From assembly GCA_012295275.1 (NCBI GenBank), contig CM022676.1:9858001-9922000 (forward strand): a stretch of 64,000 nt of DNA, given 5' to 3'. A program made the translations under genes and the position numbers. The notes below the pieces were generated by a model. It ran no database searches and was not told the DNA's origin. It was given only the letters and a program-made list of their open reading frames with translations. The stretch is from Chrysomallon squamiferum (taxonomy: Eukaryota; Animalia; Mollusca). Numbering within the stretch: position 1 is the stretch's first letter; each line of letters starts with the position of its first letter. This document shows, piece after piece, positions 15,687-30,546 of the stretch.

Positions 15687-16266
15687 GTAGATTAATTATA
15701 ATATTTAATCTTGTCGTAAAACAGTGGTTATCGTTATTATCATTATTTCTTTGTCGTTGTCACTACTGCTGTTATTATCATTATTTCTTTGTCGTTGTCA
15801 CTACTGCTGTTATTATCATTATTTCTTTGTCGTTGTCGCTACTGCTGTTATTATCATTATTTCTTTGTCGTTGTCGCTACTGCTGTTATTATCATTATTT
15901 CTTTGTCGTTGTCACTACTGCTGTTATTATCAATACAGTATTGTTTGTGTGTGCGCGTATTTCTTTTTGTGTGATGCGTTTATCTGTATCTATCTGTCTG
16001 TAAGTCTATTATATCTATATACATATACATACATACACACATACACACATACATACATACATACATACATACATACACATATACATATAAATATATATAT
16101 GTATATGTGAGGACAGCTATATATATGTGTGTGTGTGTGTCTGTGTATATATATATGTTTTTATGTATGTATGTATGCATGTATGTATGTATGTATGGAT
16201 ATCTATAGATATCACAGATCGAAAGATAGATATAGATAAACACATCACACAAAGAAATACGTATTG

Positions 16267-16333
<67 letters not shown>

Positions 16334-16666
16334 TGTATGTATGTATGTATGTGTACAGACATATCTATACACATGTTATATTATAAGCTGTTCTGTTGTG
16401 TTCCCCAGGATGTAGGATTTTGGACACGTGCTATCCAGACGGCTATGTGACGTCGTACACGTCGCTGCAGTGCAAATGTGTTCAGGACACGGCGGTGTGC
16501 GTCGTGTTGCCCAACGTGACAGAATTCTGCGACGGTAACGACAATGTTTTCAATGACGTCTTTACGTTCAGAAAACATTTTCATTCATTCGTTTTTAAGG
16601 CTTCAGTTCCTTGTTTTACATAACTATGGTGCAACCAGTACTTCATCATAGACCATGTTAAAACTA

Positions 16667-16716
<50 letters not shown>

Positions 16717-16829
16717 GTATGTATGTATCTATGTATGTATGTATGTATGTATCTATCTATGTATCTATCTATCTATCTATCTATCTGTCTGTCTATCTAT
16801 CTATGTATGTATGTATGTATGTATGTATG

Positions 16830-16897
<68 letters not shown>

Positions 16898-17266
16898 GGC
16901 CGTAACCAGCCTTAGCGTAGAGGGGAAAAAGAATTTGAGCGAGGAGTCCGTGTGCTAAACTGACAATATACACTACACCAGGGCAAGAACCGGGATAACA
17001 CTGAAACGTGTGAGAAGGGTGCTGTATGCCTTAAATAAACCTGATTTGAAGTCTGAAGTCTTTGAAGTCAGTTGTGTCTTTCATCGCAACGAGGTCGGTA
17101 GACTTGAAACGGTCACCGTAGACACATAGACGAATTCACTCAGTGGATATCGTTGCTATCGGAATAGAGATTTATGGTTTATATTTTTTTTAAATGGAAT
17201 CTTTTTATATAAAAGAAATGAAAAGAAATGAAAAAAACAAAACGAAAAAGTATGTCAGTTTCTGTA

Positions 17267-17303
<37 letters not shown>

Positions 17304-17400
17304 AGCGTGCAGAATATAACATCTTATGTATGCATTAAATTGTATATGTATAGATATAAATCGACTTACATACATACAGACATATATACACACACACACA

Positions 17401-17452
<52 letters not shown>

Positions 17453-17889
17453 CACACACACACACACACATATATTATATAATAATAATAATAAAAATAA
17501 TTTAAAACTTTTCAAACACGATACGGACCAGCTGTTGCACTATTCCTATTGACGTAATAAAAATTCTAAATGCTCGTTTATAATTTAACAGCGTTATGAA
17601 AAGGCAGAACATTTGATATTTTGTGTGATTGTTTGTTTGTTTATATTAACATACATGCGTGTCGGGAGAAAATTAATATTATTATTAATGAATACAAAAA
17701 AAAAAAAAAAAAAAAACATACATTAAGAAAAGTTAAAAAAAAAAAAAAATAATAAAACGTTCGTACACATTACTCTCATTTATTTATTATTATTTAATTT
17801 ATTCTATTCTATTTTATTGTATTATTATTATTATTATTATTAGTAGTAGTAGTAGTATTTGTATTTAAATTGATCTGACTAAAATCTCG

Positions 17890-17934
<45 letters not shown>

Positions 17935-17964
17935 TGTATTTAAATTGATCTGACTAAAATCTCG

Positions 17965-18021
<57 letters not shown>

Positions 18022-18102
18022 TGTATTTAAATTGATCTGACTACAATCTCGATTATTATTATTATTATTATTTGTATTTAAATTGATCTGACTAAAATCT
18101 CG

Positions 18103-18147
<45 letters not shown>

Positions 18148-18177
18148 TGTATTTAAATTGATCTGACTACAATCTCG

Positions 18178-18216
<39 letters not shown>

Positions 18217-18246
18217 TGTATTTAAATTGATCTGACTAAAATCTCG

Positions 18247-18285
<39 letters not shown>

Positions 18286-19977
18286 TGTATTTAAATTGAT
18301 CTGACTAAAATCTCGACATTCAACTTAATTACGATTATTTTTAATTGTGCAGGGTGTTACAAGTCTAACGTGTGTTTTCCGGGAGGTCTACAAAAAACCA
18401 GAACTAAACATTATGCGTGTTTTTGTGACAAGAAACTTCAATGCACAAAGTTATCTCCCTTAGATAAATTAACAGCAAGTTCTTGTTCAGGTAAAAAAAA
18501 ATATATATATATATATATATCTGTGTGAATGAAATATGATCAGAATTCTCATGATTATTATTATTTATTTATTTATTTGCTTATTTACTTATTTTATTTT
18601 ATCGTTTTAATATCCCAAGCCAGATCATTGTGTCAATTCACTTCGATATTTAGTTGTGAAAGATAAAAAAAAAAAAAATAATAATAATTAATTAATTAAA
18701 TAAAATAAGTTAAAATAAATAGATAAATAAATAAATAGATAAATACAAAAATAAAAATAAATTTAAAAAAAAAAATAAATAAATAAATAAAATAAAATAA
18801 AATACATATAAGTAATAAAAATAAAAATAAAGTGTTTGGATACACATAATTATTATTATTACAAATACATATATTCGTTTATTTATTTAAACTACATATT
18901 TCCTACTCTGTAATAACACAGTAAATTGGAAATACAGTGGTACCTTGACTTACGAATTTAATTCGTTACGTGACCGAGCTCGTATCTGAATTTGCTCGTA
19001 TATCAAATCAATTTTCCCAACTGAAATTAATGAAATATCATTTATCCGTTCCAGCCCCCGAAAAACAACTACATTTTTTTTTTTTTTAAATGTATTTATA
19101 AATGACAAATATTGTATAAAAACAAAATAAAAGAGAATGTAAAGAAATAAAAAAACTAGTTTTGTAAAGTGTATTTATCTAGGAGATCGGAAAAATTATT
19201 TTAACGCCTTTGGCTGGAATTACAGCCTTTATCGATTCCTTCAGCTTCAGTATGGTACATATTGTATAATTACTACGCTCGTACTGCCTAACCAAGTCGA
19301 CTACATGCACACCTCCCTCATGTTTTTCTAAGAATTCAAGCTTTAATTCAATGGTCATCATCCGCTTCTTCTTCTCAGCACTGTCCTTTGCACTCACTTT
19401 CTTAGGATCCACGGTCAGAAAAAAAAGAGAAGAAATTTGGCAAAATACTGCACAAAACGCGAGCACCACACAACAGAGATGCTTCCGCGGTGAGGTAACC
19501 ATGCGAAGTAAACGAGTTTGACGCGGGATGCTGGCCGGATGCTGTGTTGCTCGTTGCGCCAACTAGCGTCGGCGTATCTGAAGCTCGCTCGTAACTCGGA
19601 TCCAGGCTCGCAACTCAAAGCACGAACACGCTCGTCCGACGACTGCTCGTAACTCGAAAAACTCGTAAGTCGAGGTGCCACTGTACAAAATTTGGAAATA
19701 TTATTTTTTTTTTTTTCTCAAGGATGCTTCTTAAAAGGAGCCTGTCTTCCATCTGGGTTTTGGACACACGATAAACATTCCTGGTGCGGTTGTGTGCAGA
19801 AGAAATGGCTGTGTCATTATACCATACCCAGTGTTTTCTACAAGGCAAAAAGCTATCCATGCGAAGGTAAATATTATTTTTGTCGTTGTTGTTGTTGTTG
19901 CTGCTGCTGCTGCTGCTGCTGTTGTTGTTGTTATTATTATTATTATTATTATTGTTATTCTTCTTCTTCTTCTTCTT

Positions 19978-20008
<31 letters not shown>

Positions 20009-20700
20009 TTATTATTATTATTATTATTATTATGACTATTATTATTGTTGTTATTGCTATTATTATTGTTGTCATTATTATTGTCCTTACATCCGTTGTT
20101 GTTGTTGTTGTTGTTGTTACGGTCTTAATGTTTCTCACTTTCATTATGTATATTCTATTTTTGTGTTTCTTTTCACTCTGTGTTTTTAGGATCAAGATTT
20201 AAATAATAACAATAACAACAACAACAATAGCAATATAATAATAATAATAATATATTATTATTATTATTATGAACTGCAATTATACAAATTTGACATCTAA
20301 AATGTATTCTATTCCATCTTAATTTCACTGATAACTGCCACTGCTTAACTGGTTAATTATAATTCTACTTCATTTCTTAATGTGTATGAATTTGATATTG
20401 TTCACGGAGAATTTATATTGTGCTTTTTCATTCAAAGTCTGCAGCGTGAAAGGGGCGTACGTGCGTGCATGCGTGTGTGTATGTGCATCTTTATTATCAG
20501 TTGCATATTCGTCAAGTATGGCACATGCCCCAAGCTGTGGTTATTAACTAGTACTTTTGAGCTAATTTTTGTTGTTGTAAAATTATCTGAAAAATTCGTG
20601 TCACATATTTGAACATGGTCTCCCGCAGGCATTAAAATGTCTTCTGTACGTAAGGCCTTAGAAATATGTCTGTTGCAGCATGCATGCATGTGCTATTTTA

Positions 20701-20734
<34 letters not shown>

Positions 20735-21020
20735 TTTTTATTTACGTAAATGCAGGGTGTGTTTTCCAGGACGGTTGTGTGATACCTGACCACACCTTTC
20801 TACTCGGATCAACTCTCTGTGTTTGTTATAAGCAAATCATTCGGTGCCGTTCACTGGTGCCCCCCAAAACCAAACAGATAATTCACAGCTGCGCAGGTAA
20901 TTTCCTAGAATAAGTAACATTATAAAAGAAACATTATAAGTAACATTATAAATAGAAATAAGGCAAAAATAACCGAGTTCGGTAATTTTCGGTAAAAGCA
21001 ATAAGATCGTCAGTGATAAA

Positions 21021-21052
<32 letters not shown>

Positions 21053-23331
21053 AAAATTATTAAATTTCAGTGAATGGTTCAAAATAAAATTTTTGATAAA
21101 AAAAAAAAAAAAAAAAAAATTGACGAAAGATTAATACATTTTTATTTCTGTGAAAAAGGCTGATTAAAACTAGATGTGCCAACACACTGGTTTCGTTCAC
21201 ATTTATTTTCTATTGCTGGTCCAAAAATATGTTTCTGTTCTTTTAAAACTCTTGTAAAAACAAATGATTATTTCACATATTTTCTTATCAAAATGTTTTG
21301 GTAAGGACTGCAGCCTTTTTTTTTTTTTTTTTTTTTGGTCGGGGGGAATGGGCATATATTTGTTAGACGCATTATGATTGGTTAATATAGTTGTTAGACG
21401 CATTATGATTGGTTAATATTCCTATTGGTGCAGTATTCTGAAGTTAGTATCATATATACAGTTTTATGTCTTTTCTTGCATAATATTAAAATTATAATTA
21501 TTTTTACTAGTGATTATATCTAATGCATTAGGAATGTCTACTTCCAATACTGCTGTACTTCACTACTTCTTAACCTTCTTAAACCATTGATGGTTCTGAT
21601 AACTATCGTTTGTAATAAGATGAAAGTTTAATGTATGTTTTATGATTATTATAATAATTTGGTTTTTTAACTGTTTTTATTATTGTTGTTGTTGTTGTTA
21701 TTATTATTATTATTATTGTTGTTATTTATTATTATTTTCATCTATTATTGTATTATTATAATTATTATTATCTATTATGATTATTGTTGTTATTGCTGGT
21801 GGTATTGTCATTTATTTTTGTTATTATTATTATGATTGCTATTTTTATATTACTATTTCTATATTTAATATTATTACTATTATTTTCTTATTATTGTTGT
21901 TATTATTATTATTATTACTTGTGGTATTCTGATTTGTACCTGTTATTTTATTATCATCATCATCAACATTATTATTATTGTTGTTGTTGTGGTTGTTATT
22001 TTTACCATTTTAATGTATAGCACAATTGTTTTCTTTTTCCTCTCTTGTTGTTAATACACTGTGTTATTTTCTTGTTAATACACTGTGTTATTTTCTTGTT
22101 AATACAGGTGTTATTTTCATGTTAATACAGGGTGGGTTTTTCTTGTTAATACAGGTGTTATTTTCTTGTTAATGCAGGTGTTATTTTCTTGTTAATACAG
22201 GGTGCTATTTTGAAGGGGTATGTGTTCCTTCTGGACACAGTATTGAAGTAAGTCATAAACGATGTTTTTGTGTCAGACATAAATTGAGATGTTATCCTTA
22301 CCCAGTGTCACACACAGGACCACACCCAGGACCACACCCAGGACCACACCCAGTGCCACATCCAAGACCTGTATCCACAAAAGATAACTGCAAAGGTAAA
22401 CATTATTTTTACCATTTTAATCTATTGTTTTCTTTTTCCTCTCTTCTTGTTAATACAGTGTGTTATTTTCTTGTAAATACAGGTGTTATTTTCTTGTTAA
22501 TACACTGTGTTATTTTCTTGTTAATACACTGTGTTATTTTCTTGTTAATACAGGGTTTTATTTTCTTGTTAATACAGATGTTATTTTCCTGTTAATACAG
22601 ATGTTATTTTCCTTGTTAATACAGTGTTATTTTCTTGTTAATACACTGTTATTTTCTTGTTAATACAGGTGTTATTTTCTTGTTAATACAGGTGTTATTT
22701 TCTTGTTATTATTTTCTTGTTAATACAGGGTGTTATTTTCTTGTTAATACAGGTGTTATTTTCTTGTTAATACAGGGTGTTATTTTCTTGTTAATACACT
22801 GTGTTATTTTCTTGTTAATACAGGGTTTTATTTTCTTGTTAATACAGATGTTATTTTCCTGTTATTTTTTTCTTGTTAATACAGATGTTATTTTCCTGTT
22901 AATACAGTGTTATTTTCTTGTTAATACACTGTTATTTTCTTGTTAATGCAGGTGTTATTTTCTTGTTAATACAGGTGTTATTTTCTTGTTAAAATAGGAT
23001 GTTATTTTCTTGTTAATACAGGGTGTTATTTTGACGGCAGGTGTTATTTCCTTGACAGGGGTTATTTTCTTGTTATGTTATTTTGACGTCTTTTCTGGAA
23101 TCAGTTTTGAAGTAAGTCATAAACTATGTTTATGTGTCAGAAATAAACTGAGATGTTATCCTTACCCAGTGCCACACCCAGGACCACACCCAGTGCCACA
23201 TCCAACACCTGTATCCACAAAAGATAACTGCAAAGGTAAACATTAAAATGATGATACAGAATACAGATGTATTATAGAAAATATATTATTAAGGTATGGC
23301 ATTCTATATGAATATATCTATATGTAGTATT

Positions 23332-23389
<58 letters not shown>

Positions 23390-25282
23390 CATGTCATAAT
23401 AGTGTGTAATGTTATTGATTATGCTTGGACAAACATTGGATTCAGTTCTTTTACTTGTGTCTTTTCTTGCCTGTTTATGTTAAAATTATAATTATGTTTA
23501 CTAGTGGTTATATCTAATGCATTAGGAATGTCTACTTCCAATACTGCTGTACTTCACTACTTCTTAAATTTCTTAAGCTACTGATGGTTCTGATAACTAT
23601 CTTTTGTAATAAGATCAAAGTTTAATACATGTTTTATCTTCATTCTAATATTTTGTTTGTTTTAGTATTATTATTATTGTTGTTATATTATTATTATTGT
23701 TGTTGTTGTTATTATTATCATTATTATTATATATTATAATAATTGTTATTATTATTGTTGTTGTTATTATTATCATTATTATTATATATTATAATAATTG
23801 TTATTATTATTATTATTAAGATTCTACATCTGTTTCTTCTTATTGTTATTATAATTATTGTTTTCTTATTAATATTATTAATATTAATATCCTTCTACTT
23901 CTTCTTCTTTTTATATTATCATCATCCTCAACATCATCATTATTGTTGTTCTTGTGGTTGTTATTTTTACCATATTAATCTATTGTTTTCTTTTTCTCTT
24001 TTCTTTATTAATACAGATGTTATTTTCTTGTTAATACAGGTCTTATTTTCTTGTTAATACAGGTGTTATTTTCTTATTAATACAGGTGTTATTTTCTTGT
24101 TAATACAGGGTGTTATTTTCTTGTCAATACAGTGTGTTATTTTCTTGTTAATACAGGTGTTAATACAGTGTGTTATTTTCTTGTTAATACAGGTGTTATT
24201 TTCTTGTTAATACAGGGTGTTATTTTCTTGTTAATACACTGTGTTATTTTCTTGTTAATACAGGGTTTTATTTTCTTGTTAATACAGATGTTATTTTCCT
24301 GTTAATACAGAGTGTTATTTTCTTGTTAATACAGTGTGTTATTTTCTTGTTAATACAGGTGTTATTTCCTTGTTAATACACTGTGTTATTTTCTTGTTAA
24401 TACAGGGTTTTATTTTCTTGTTAATACAGATGTTATTTTCCTGTTAATACAGAGTGTTATTTTCTTGTTAATACAGTGTGTTATTTTCTTGTTAATACAG
24501 GTGTTATTTCATTGTTAATACAGGGTGTTATTTTCTTGTTAATACAGGTGTTATTTCCTTGTTAATACAGGTGTTATTTCCTTGTTAATACAGTGTTTTA
24601 TTTTCTTGTTAATGCAGGCGTTATTTCCTTGTTAATACAGGTGTTATTTCCTTGTTAATACAGATGTTATTTTCTTGTTAATACAGGTGTTATTTCCTTG
24701 TTAATACAGGTGTTATTTCCTTGTTAATACAGGGTGTTATTTTCTTGTTAATACAGGTGTTATTTCCTTGTTAATACAGGTGTTATTTCCTTGTTAATAC
24801 AGTGTTATTTTCTTGTTAATATACAGTGTTATTTTCTTGTTAATACAGGGTGTTATTTTCTTGTTAATACACTGTTTTATTTTCTTGTTAATAGAGGGTT
24901 TTATTTTCTTGTTAATACAGATGTTATTTTCCTGTTAATACAGTGTTATTTTCTTGTTAATACAGGGTGTTATTTTGACGGGGTATGTGTTCTTTCTGGA
25001 ATCAGTTTTGAAGTAAGTCATAAACGATGTTTATGTGTCAGAAATAAACTGAGATGTTATCCTTACCCAGTGCCACACCCTGTGCCACACCCAGGACCAC
25101 ACCCAGGACCACACCCAGGACCACACCCAGGACCACATCCAACACCTGTATCCCCAAAAGATAACTGCAAAGGTAAACATTAAAATGATGATACAGAGTA
25201 CAGATTTATTATAGAAAATATATTATTAAGGTATGGCATTCTATATGAATATATCTATATGTAGTATTACGAGTGTGTGTGT

Positions 25283-25337
<55 letters not shown>

Positions 25338-27473
25338 TGTGTGTGTGTGTAAAGCATGTCATAATAGTGTGTAATGTTATTGATTATGCTTTGACGAACT
25401 TCGGATTCAGTTCTTTTACTTGTGTCTTTTCTTGCCTGTTTATGTTAAAATTATAATTATTTTTACTAATGATTATATCTAATGCATTAGGAATGTCTAC
25501 TTCCAGTGCTGCTGTACTTCACTACTTCTTAAATTTCTTAAGCTACTGATGGTTCTGATAACTATCTTTTGTAATAAGATCAAAGTTTAATACATGTTTT
25601 ATCTTCATTCTAATATTTTGTTTGTTTTAGTATTATTATTATTATTGTTGTTGTTGTTATTATTATTATTATCTATCATTATAATTGTTGTTATTATTCT
25701 TATTATTAAAATTCTACTTCTGTTTCTTCTTATTGTTATTATAATTATTGTTTTATTATTAATATTATTAATATTAATATTCTTCTACTTCTTCTTCTTC
25801 TTCTTCTTCTTCTTATTATTATTATTATATTATCATCATCAACATCATTATTACTGTTGTTGTTGTGGTTATTTTTACCATTTTAATCTATTGTTTTCTT
25901 TTTCCTCTCTTCTTGTTAATATAGGTGTTATTTTCTTGCTAATTCAGGGTGTTATTTTCTTGTTAATACAGGTGTTTTTTTTCATGTTAATACAGTGTGT
26001 TATTTTCTTGTTAATACAAAGTGTTATTTTCTTGTTAATACGGGTGTTATTTTCTTGTTAATACAGTGTGTTATTTTCTTGTTAATACAGGTGTTATTTT
26101 CTTGTTAATACAGGTGTTATTTCCTTGTTAATACAGGGTGTTATTTTCTTGTTAATACAGGTGTTATTTTCTGGTTAATACAGGTGTTTTTTTTCATGTT
26201 AATACAGTGTGTTATTTTCTTGTTAATACAAAGTGTTATTTTCTTGTTAATACGGGTGTTATTTTCTTGTTAATACAGTGTGTTATTTTCTTGTTAATAC
26301 AGGTGTTATTTTCTTGTTAATACAGGTGTTATTTTCTTGTTAATACAGGGTGTTATTTTCTTGTTAATACAGGTGTTATTTTCTGGTTAATACAGGTGTT
26401 TTTTTTCATGTTAATACAGTGTGTTATTTTCTTGTTAATACAAAGTGTTATTTTCTTGTTAATACGGGTGTTATTTTCTTGTTAATACAGTGTGTTCATT
26501 TCTTGTTAATACAGGTGTTATTTTCTTGTTAATACAGGTGTTATTTTCTTGTTAATACAGGGTGTTATTTTCTTGTTCATACAGGTGTTATTTTCTTGTC
26601 AATACAGTGTGTTATTTTCTTGTTAATACAGGTGTTATTTTCTTGTTAATACAGTGTTATTTTCTTGTTAATACAGGTGTTATTTTCTTGTTAATACAGG
26701 GTGTTATTTTCTTGTTAATACAGGTGTTATTTTCTGGTTAATACAGGTGTTTTTTCATTGTTAATACAGTGTGTTATTTTCTTGTTAATACAAAGTGTTA
26801 TTTTCTTGTTAATACAGGTCTTATTTTCTTGTTAATACAGTGTGTTATTTTCTTGTTAATACAGGTGTTATTTTCTGGTTAATACAGGTGTTTTTTTTCA
26901 TGTTAATACAGTGTGTTATTTTCTTGTTAATACAGGTGTTATTTTCTTGTTAATACAGGTGTTATTTTCTTGTTAATACAGGGTGTTATTTTCTTGTTAA
27001 TACAGTGTGTTATTTTCTTGTCAATACAGTGTGTTATTTTCTTGTTAATACAGGTGTTATTTTCTTGTTAATACAGGTGTTATTTTCTTGTTAATACAGA
27101 GTGTTATTTTCTTGTTAATACAGGGTGTTAGTTTCTTGTTAATATAGGTGTTATTTTCTTGTTAATACAGAGTGTTATTTTCTTGTTAATACAGGGTGTT
27201 ATTTTAAAGGAGTATGTGTTCCTTCTGGACGCAGTGTTATAGTAAATCATGAAAGATGTTTATGTGCCAGACATAAATTGAGATGTTATCATTACCCAGT
27301 GCCACACCCAGTGCCACACCCGGGACCACACCCAGGACCACATCCAACACCTGTATCCACAAAAGATAACTGCAAAGGTAAACATTAAAATGATGATACC
27401 GAATACAGATGTATTATAGAAAATATATTATTAAGGTATGACATTCTATATGAAGATATCTACATGTAGTATT

Positions 27474-27552
<79 letters not shown>

Positions 27553-28095
27553 GCTTGTCATAATAGTGTGTAATGTTATTGATTATGACAGGTTAATACA
27601 GGTTTTATTTTCTTATTAATACAGTGTGTTATTTTCTTGTTAATACAAGTGTTATTTTCTTGTTAATACAGGGTCTTATTTTCTTGTTAATGCAGTGTGT
27701 TATTTTCTTGTTAATACAGGGTGTTATTTTGATGGGGTATGTGTTCCTTCTGGACGCAGTATTGACGTAAGTCATAAACGATGTTTATGTGTCAGAAATA
27801 AACTGAGATGTTATCCTTACCCAGTGTCACACCCAGTGCCACACCCGGGACCACACCCAAGACCACACCCAAGACCAGTGTCTATTGTAGATAACTGCAA
27901 AGGTAATATTAAAATGATAATACCAAGATATATATATATGTGTGTGTGTGTGTGTCTGTGTGTGTGACGGTGTGTGTGTGTGTGTGTGTAAAGAAGGAGG
28001 TCATTTGAAGAACTTTTGATACGATTCAGCCATTGTTTCGTGTTATTTTCTCTCATCCTCTCTTTGTTAATTGCTTTTATCACTACTCTGTTAAT

Positions 28096-28127
<32 letters not shown>

Positions 28128-28332
28128 CACGTTCATGGTTATGTAATTTGTGTTTCGGTAGAAAGAAATCTGTTTTTTGTGAACTCATAAAAAAAATTTT
28201 TTTTTTTTTTTTTTCATGTATTAGTTATAGTTTATTGCTTCCAGTTTAGAGAGGAAAGCAAAAATTAAATGAAGAAAATCATCTTTTTAAAAATATTCTT
28301 ACAAAAAAGGCTTATTATTTGTTTGTTTTCAG

Positions 28333-28380
<48 letters not shown>

Positions 28381-29908
28381 ACATGTACTACACACACAAA
28401 TAAACACACAGACACGCACACACGCACACACACACACACACACATATACGTAGTGTATAAATATCGTTTTGAATTTTGTTGTTGTTGCTGTCATTCACTA
28501 ATAAAGGCTGCATCGTTGATGACAAGTGTGTACCACATCAATACACGATGACGATGGGAAAGAGCACGTGTGTGTGCATCGTCAACGCATGGGCGTGTAG
28601 TCCGTATCCCCCAGCCACGCCCATTCCTGGAACCACGCCCATTCCTGCATACTGTGAAGGTAAAGCTATACAAACAAAACCTTTAAATAAATACACACAT
28701 AAATAAATGAAAACAGACACAGAGACAATATATATATATTTATTTATTTATTTGTTTATTTATTTATTTATAAAATGTTCTATTATTAGAAATTTCATTA
28801 TTAATTTTTTTTTTATATGTAAGTATTAAGTGTTATTTATTACATTTGAGATTACTATGCATTTATTTATACATTTATTATTATCATCAATGATTATTAT
28901 TGTTATTGTTATTATTGTTATTATTATTATCATCATCATCATCATTATTATTATAACAATTATTACTACTACTACTACTACTACTGCTATTGCTACTATT
29001 ATTATTTATTTATTATTATTAATAGTAACAGTAACAGCAAAGTAATGGTAGCAACAATAGTAATAATAGTAATAATAGTAATAAGAGTAGCAGTAGTAGA
29101 AGTAGTAATAGTAGTAGTAGTAATGGTAATAAGAGTAGCAGAAGAAATAGTACTAGTAGTAGTGCTAGTAGTAATAGTAATAGCAATAAGAGAACAGCAG
29201 AAGTAGTAGTAGTACTAGTAGTCGAAGTAGTAGTAGTGCTAGTAGTAGAAGTAGTAGTAATAGTAATAAGAGTAGCAGAAGAAGTAGTACTAGTAATAGT
29301 AATAGTAATAAGAGAGCAGCAGAAGTAGTAGTAGTACTAGTAGTCGAAGTAGTAATACTACAAGTAGTAGTAGTAGTGGTAGTAATGGTACTAGTCATAG
29401 CCATAGTAGCAACAGCAAGAACTGGAGGAGTATAAAAAATGAAGGTGTGATGTATGGGATGAAACCTATTAAACAAAATGCACGTAGTTATTTATGTTCT
29501 GTTAACAGAGTGAATATTAAAACAGCCTTTCTTTGTTAGGCTGTGTGGTTAAAGGTGTGTGCGTTGCTCATGGCTACACGATACCAGTAAATGGGACACA
29601 CTGCGTGTGTGTAAATCACAGGATGAAATGCACGCGTCTTCAGAGCTCTGCGTACCCTGATATCTTCAAAAAATTGTGTTCTGGTAATGTGTGCGTTGTG
29701 CGTGTGTGTGTGTGATAGTGGGTTTTACAATTTTTCGTAAAACAGTCAGTATTATTTTTACATTTTTTTTATATAATAATAAACATTGAAACACACACAC
29801 ACTTACACACAAAGTTAAACATTCATACGAAAACAAATACAAGTGTGTATTTACGTTTATACGTTTTTAGAATAAAAATTAACATACACATGCAAGCTGT
29901 TACCTTCG

Positions 29909-29953
<45 letters not shown>

Positions 29954-30513
29954 ATATAATACATAATCCTATAATAAAGATTTATTAAATTAAAATATAA
30001 AGAAAACAAATATTTTTATTAACACATATACATTCCTATAATAAAGTTTTATTAAAAAAACAAATTAAAGTAAAAAATATTTTTATTATTCTTTTCATTC
30101 ATTATAATAATGATTATTATAATGCATATTTATATCATTAACGTGCAATGGTAGAGAAGAAATGCTACTACTGTTACTTTTACATTTTTATATTATTATA
30201 CAGCTAATTGTTGTTGGTATGCTTACGTAAATGTTAGTCTCTATTACAAAGGTTGTTTTGTGTTTGGCAAATGTCTGCCGTCTGGGTTTGGATTTGCGGT
30301 TGGTACAAAATGGTGTTCGTGCGATCATCATACGTTCAGGTGTTCTAAGTTTGGAGTATTTCGAGGAAAACCTGAAACATGCGATGGTAATATTTGCAAA
30401 TAAAAGAAATCTATCTATCTGTCTATCTATCTATCTATGTATTTATGTGTGGAGTATTTTGAGGAAAACCTAAACTAGACCCATGCGATGGTAATATTTG
30501 CAATAGAAAGAAA

Positions 30514-30546
<33 letters not shown>

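Larger units (their letters stand above)
22045..27719 (+). repeat. Five arrays of a 23-25-bp satellite (gtgttattttcttgttaatacag) made of the splice acceptor plus first exon bases: ~22045-22200, 22445-23075, 24005-24965, 25912-27194, 27592-27719
   Basis: Each array runs directly into exon M5, M6, M7, M8 or M9, whose first bases (GGTGYTATTTT) match the start of the unit. Confidence 0.92.

Noticed and set aside
16896-17175. GC-richer intronic segment, possibly a transposon fragment
   Set aside because: No terminal repeats, ORF or recognisable family motif could be confirmed by eye.
17858-18315. CRISPR-like look (constant repeat with variable spacers)
   Set aside because: The spacers are only (att)n tracts, the context is eukaryotic, and there are no cas genes.
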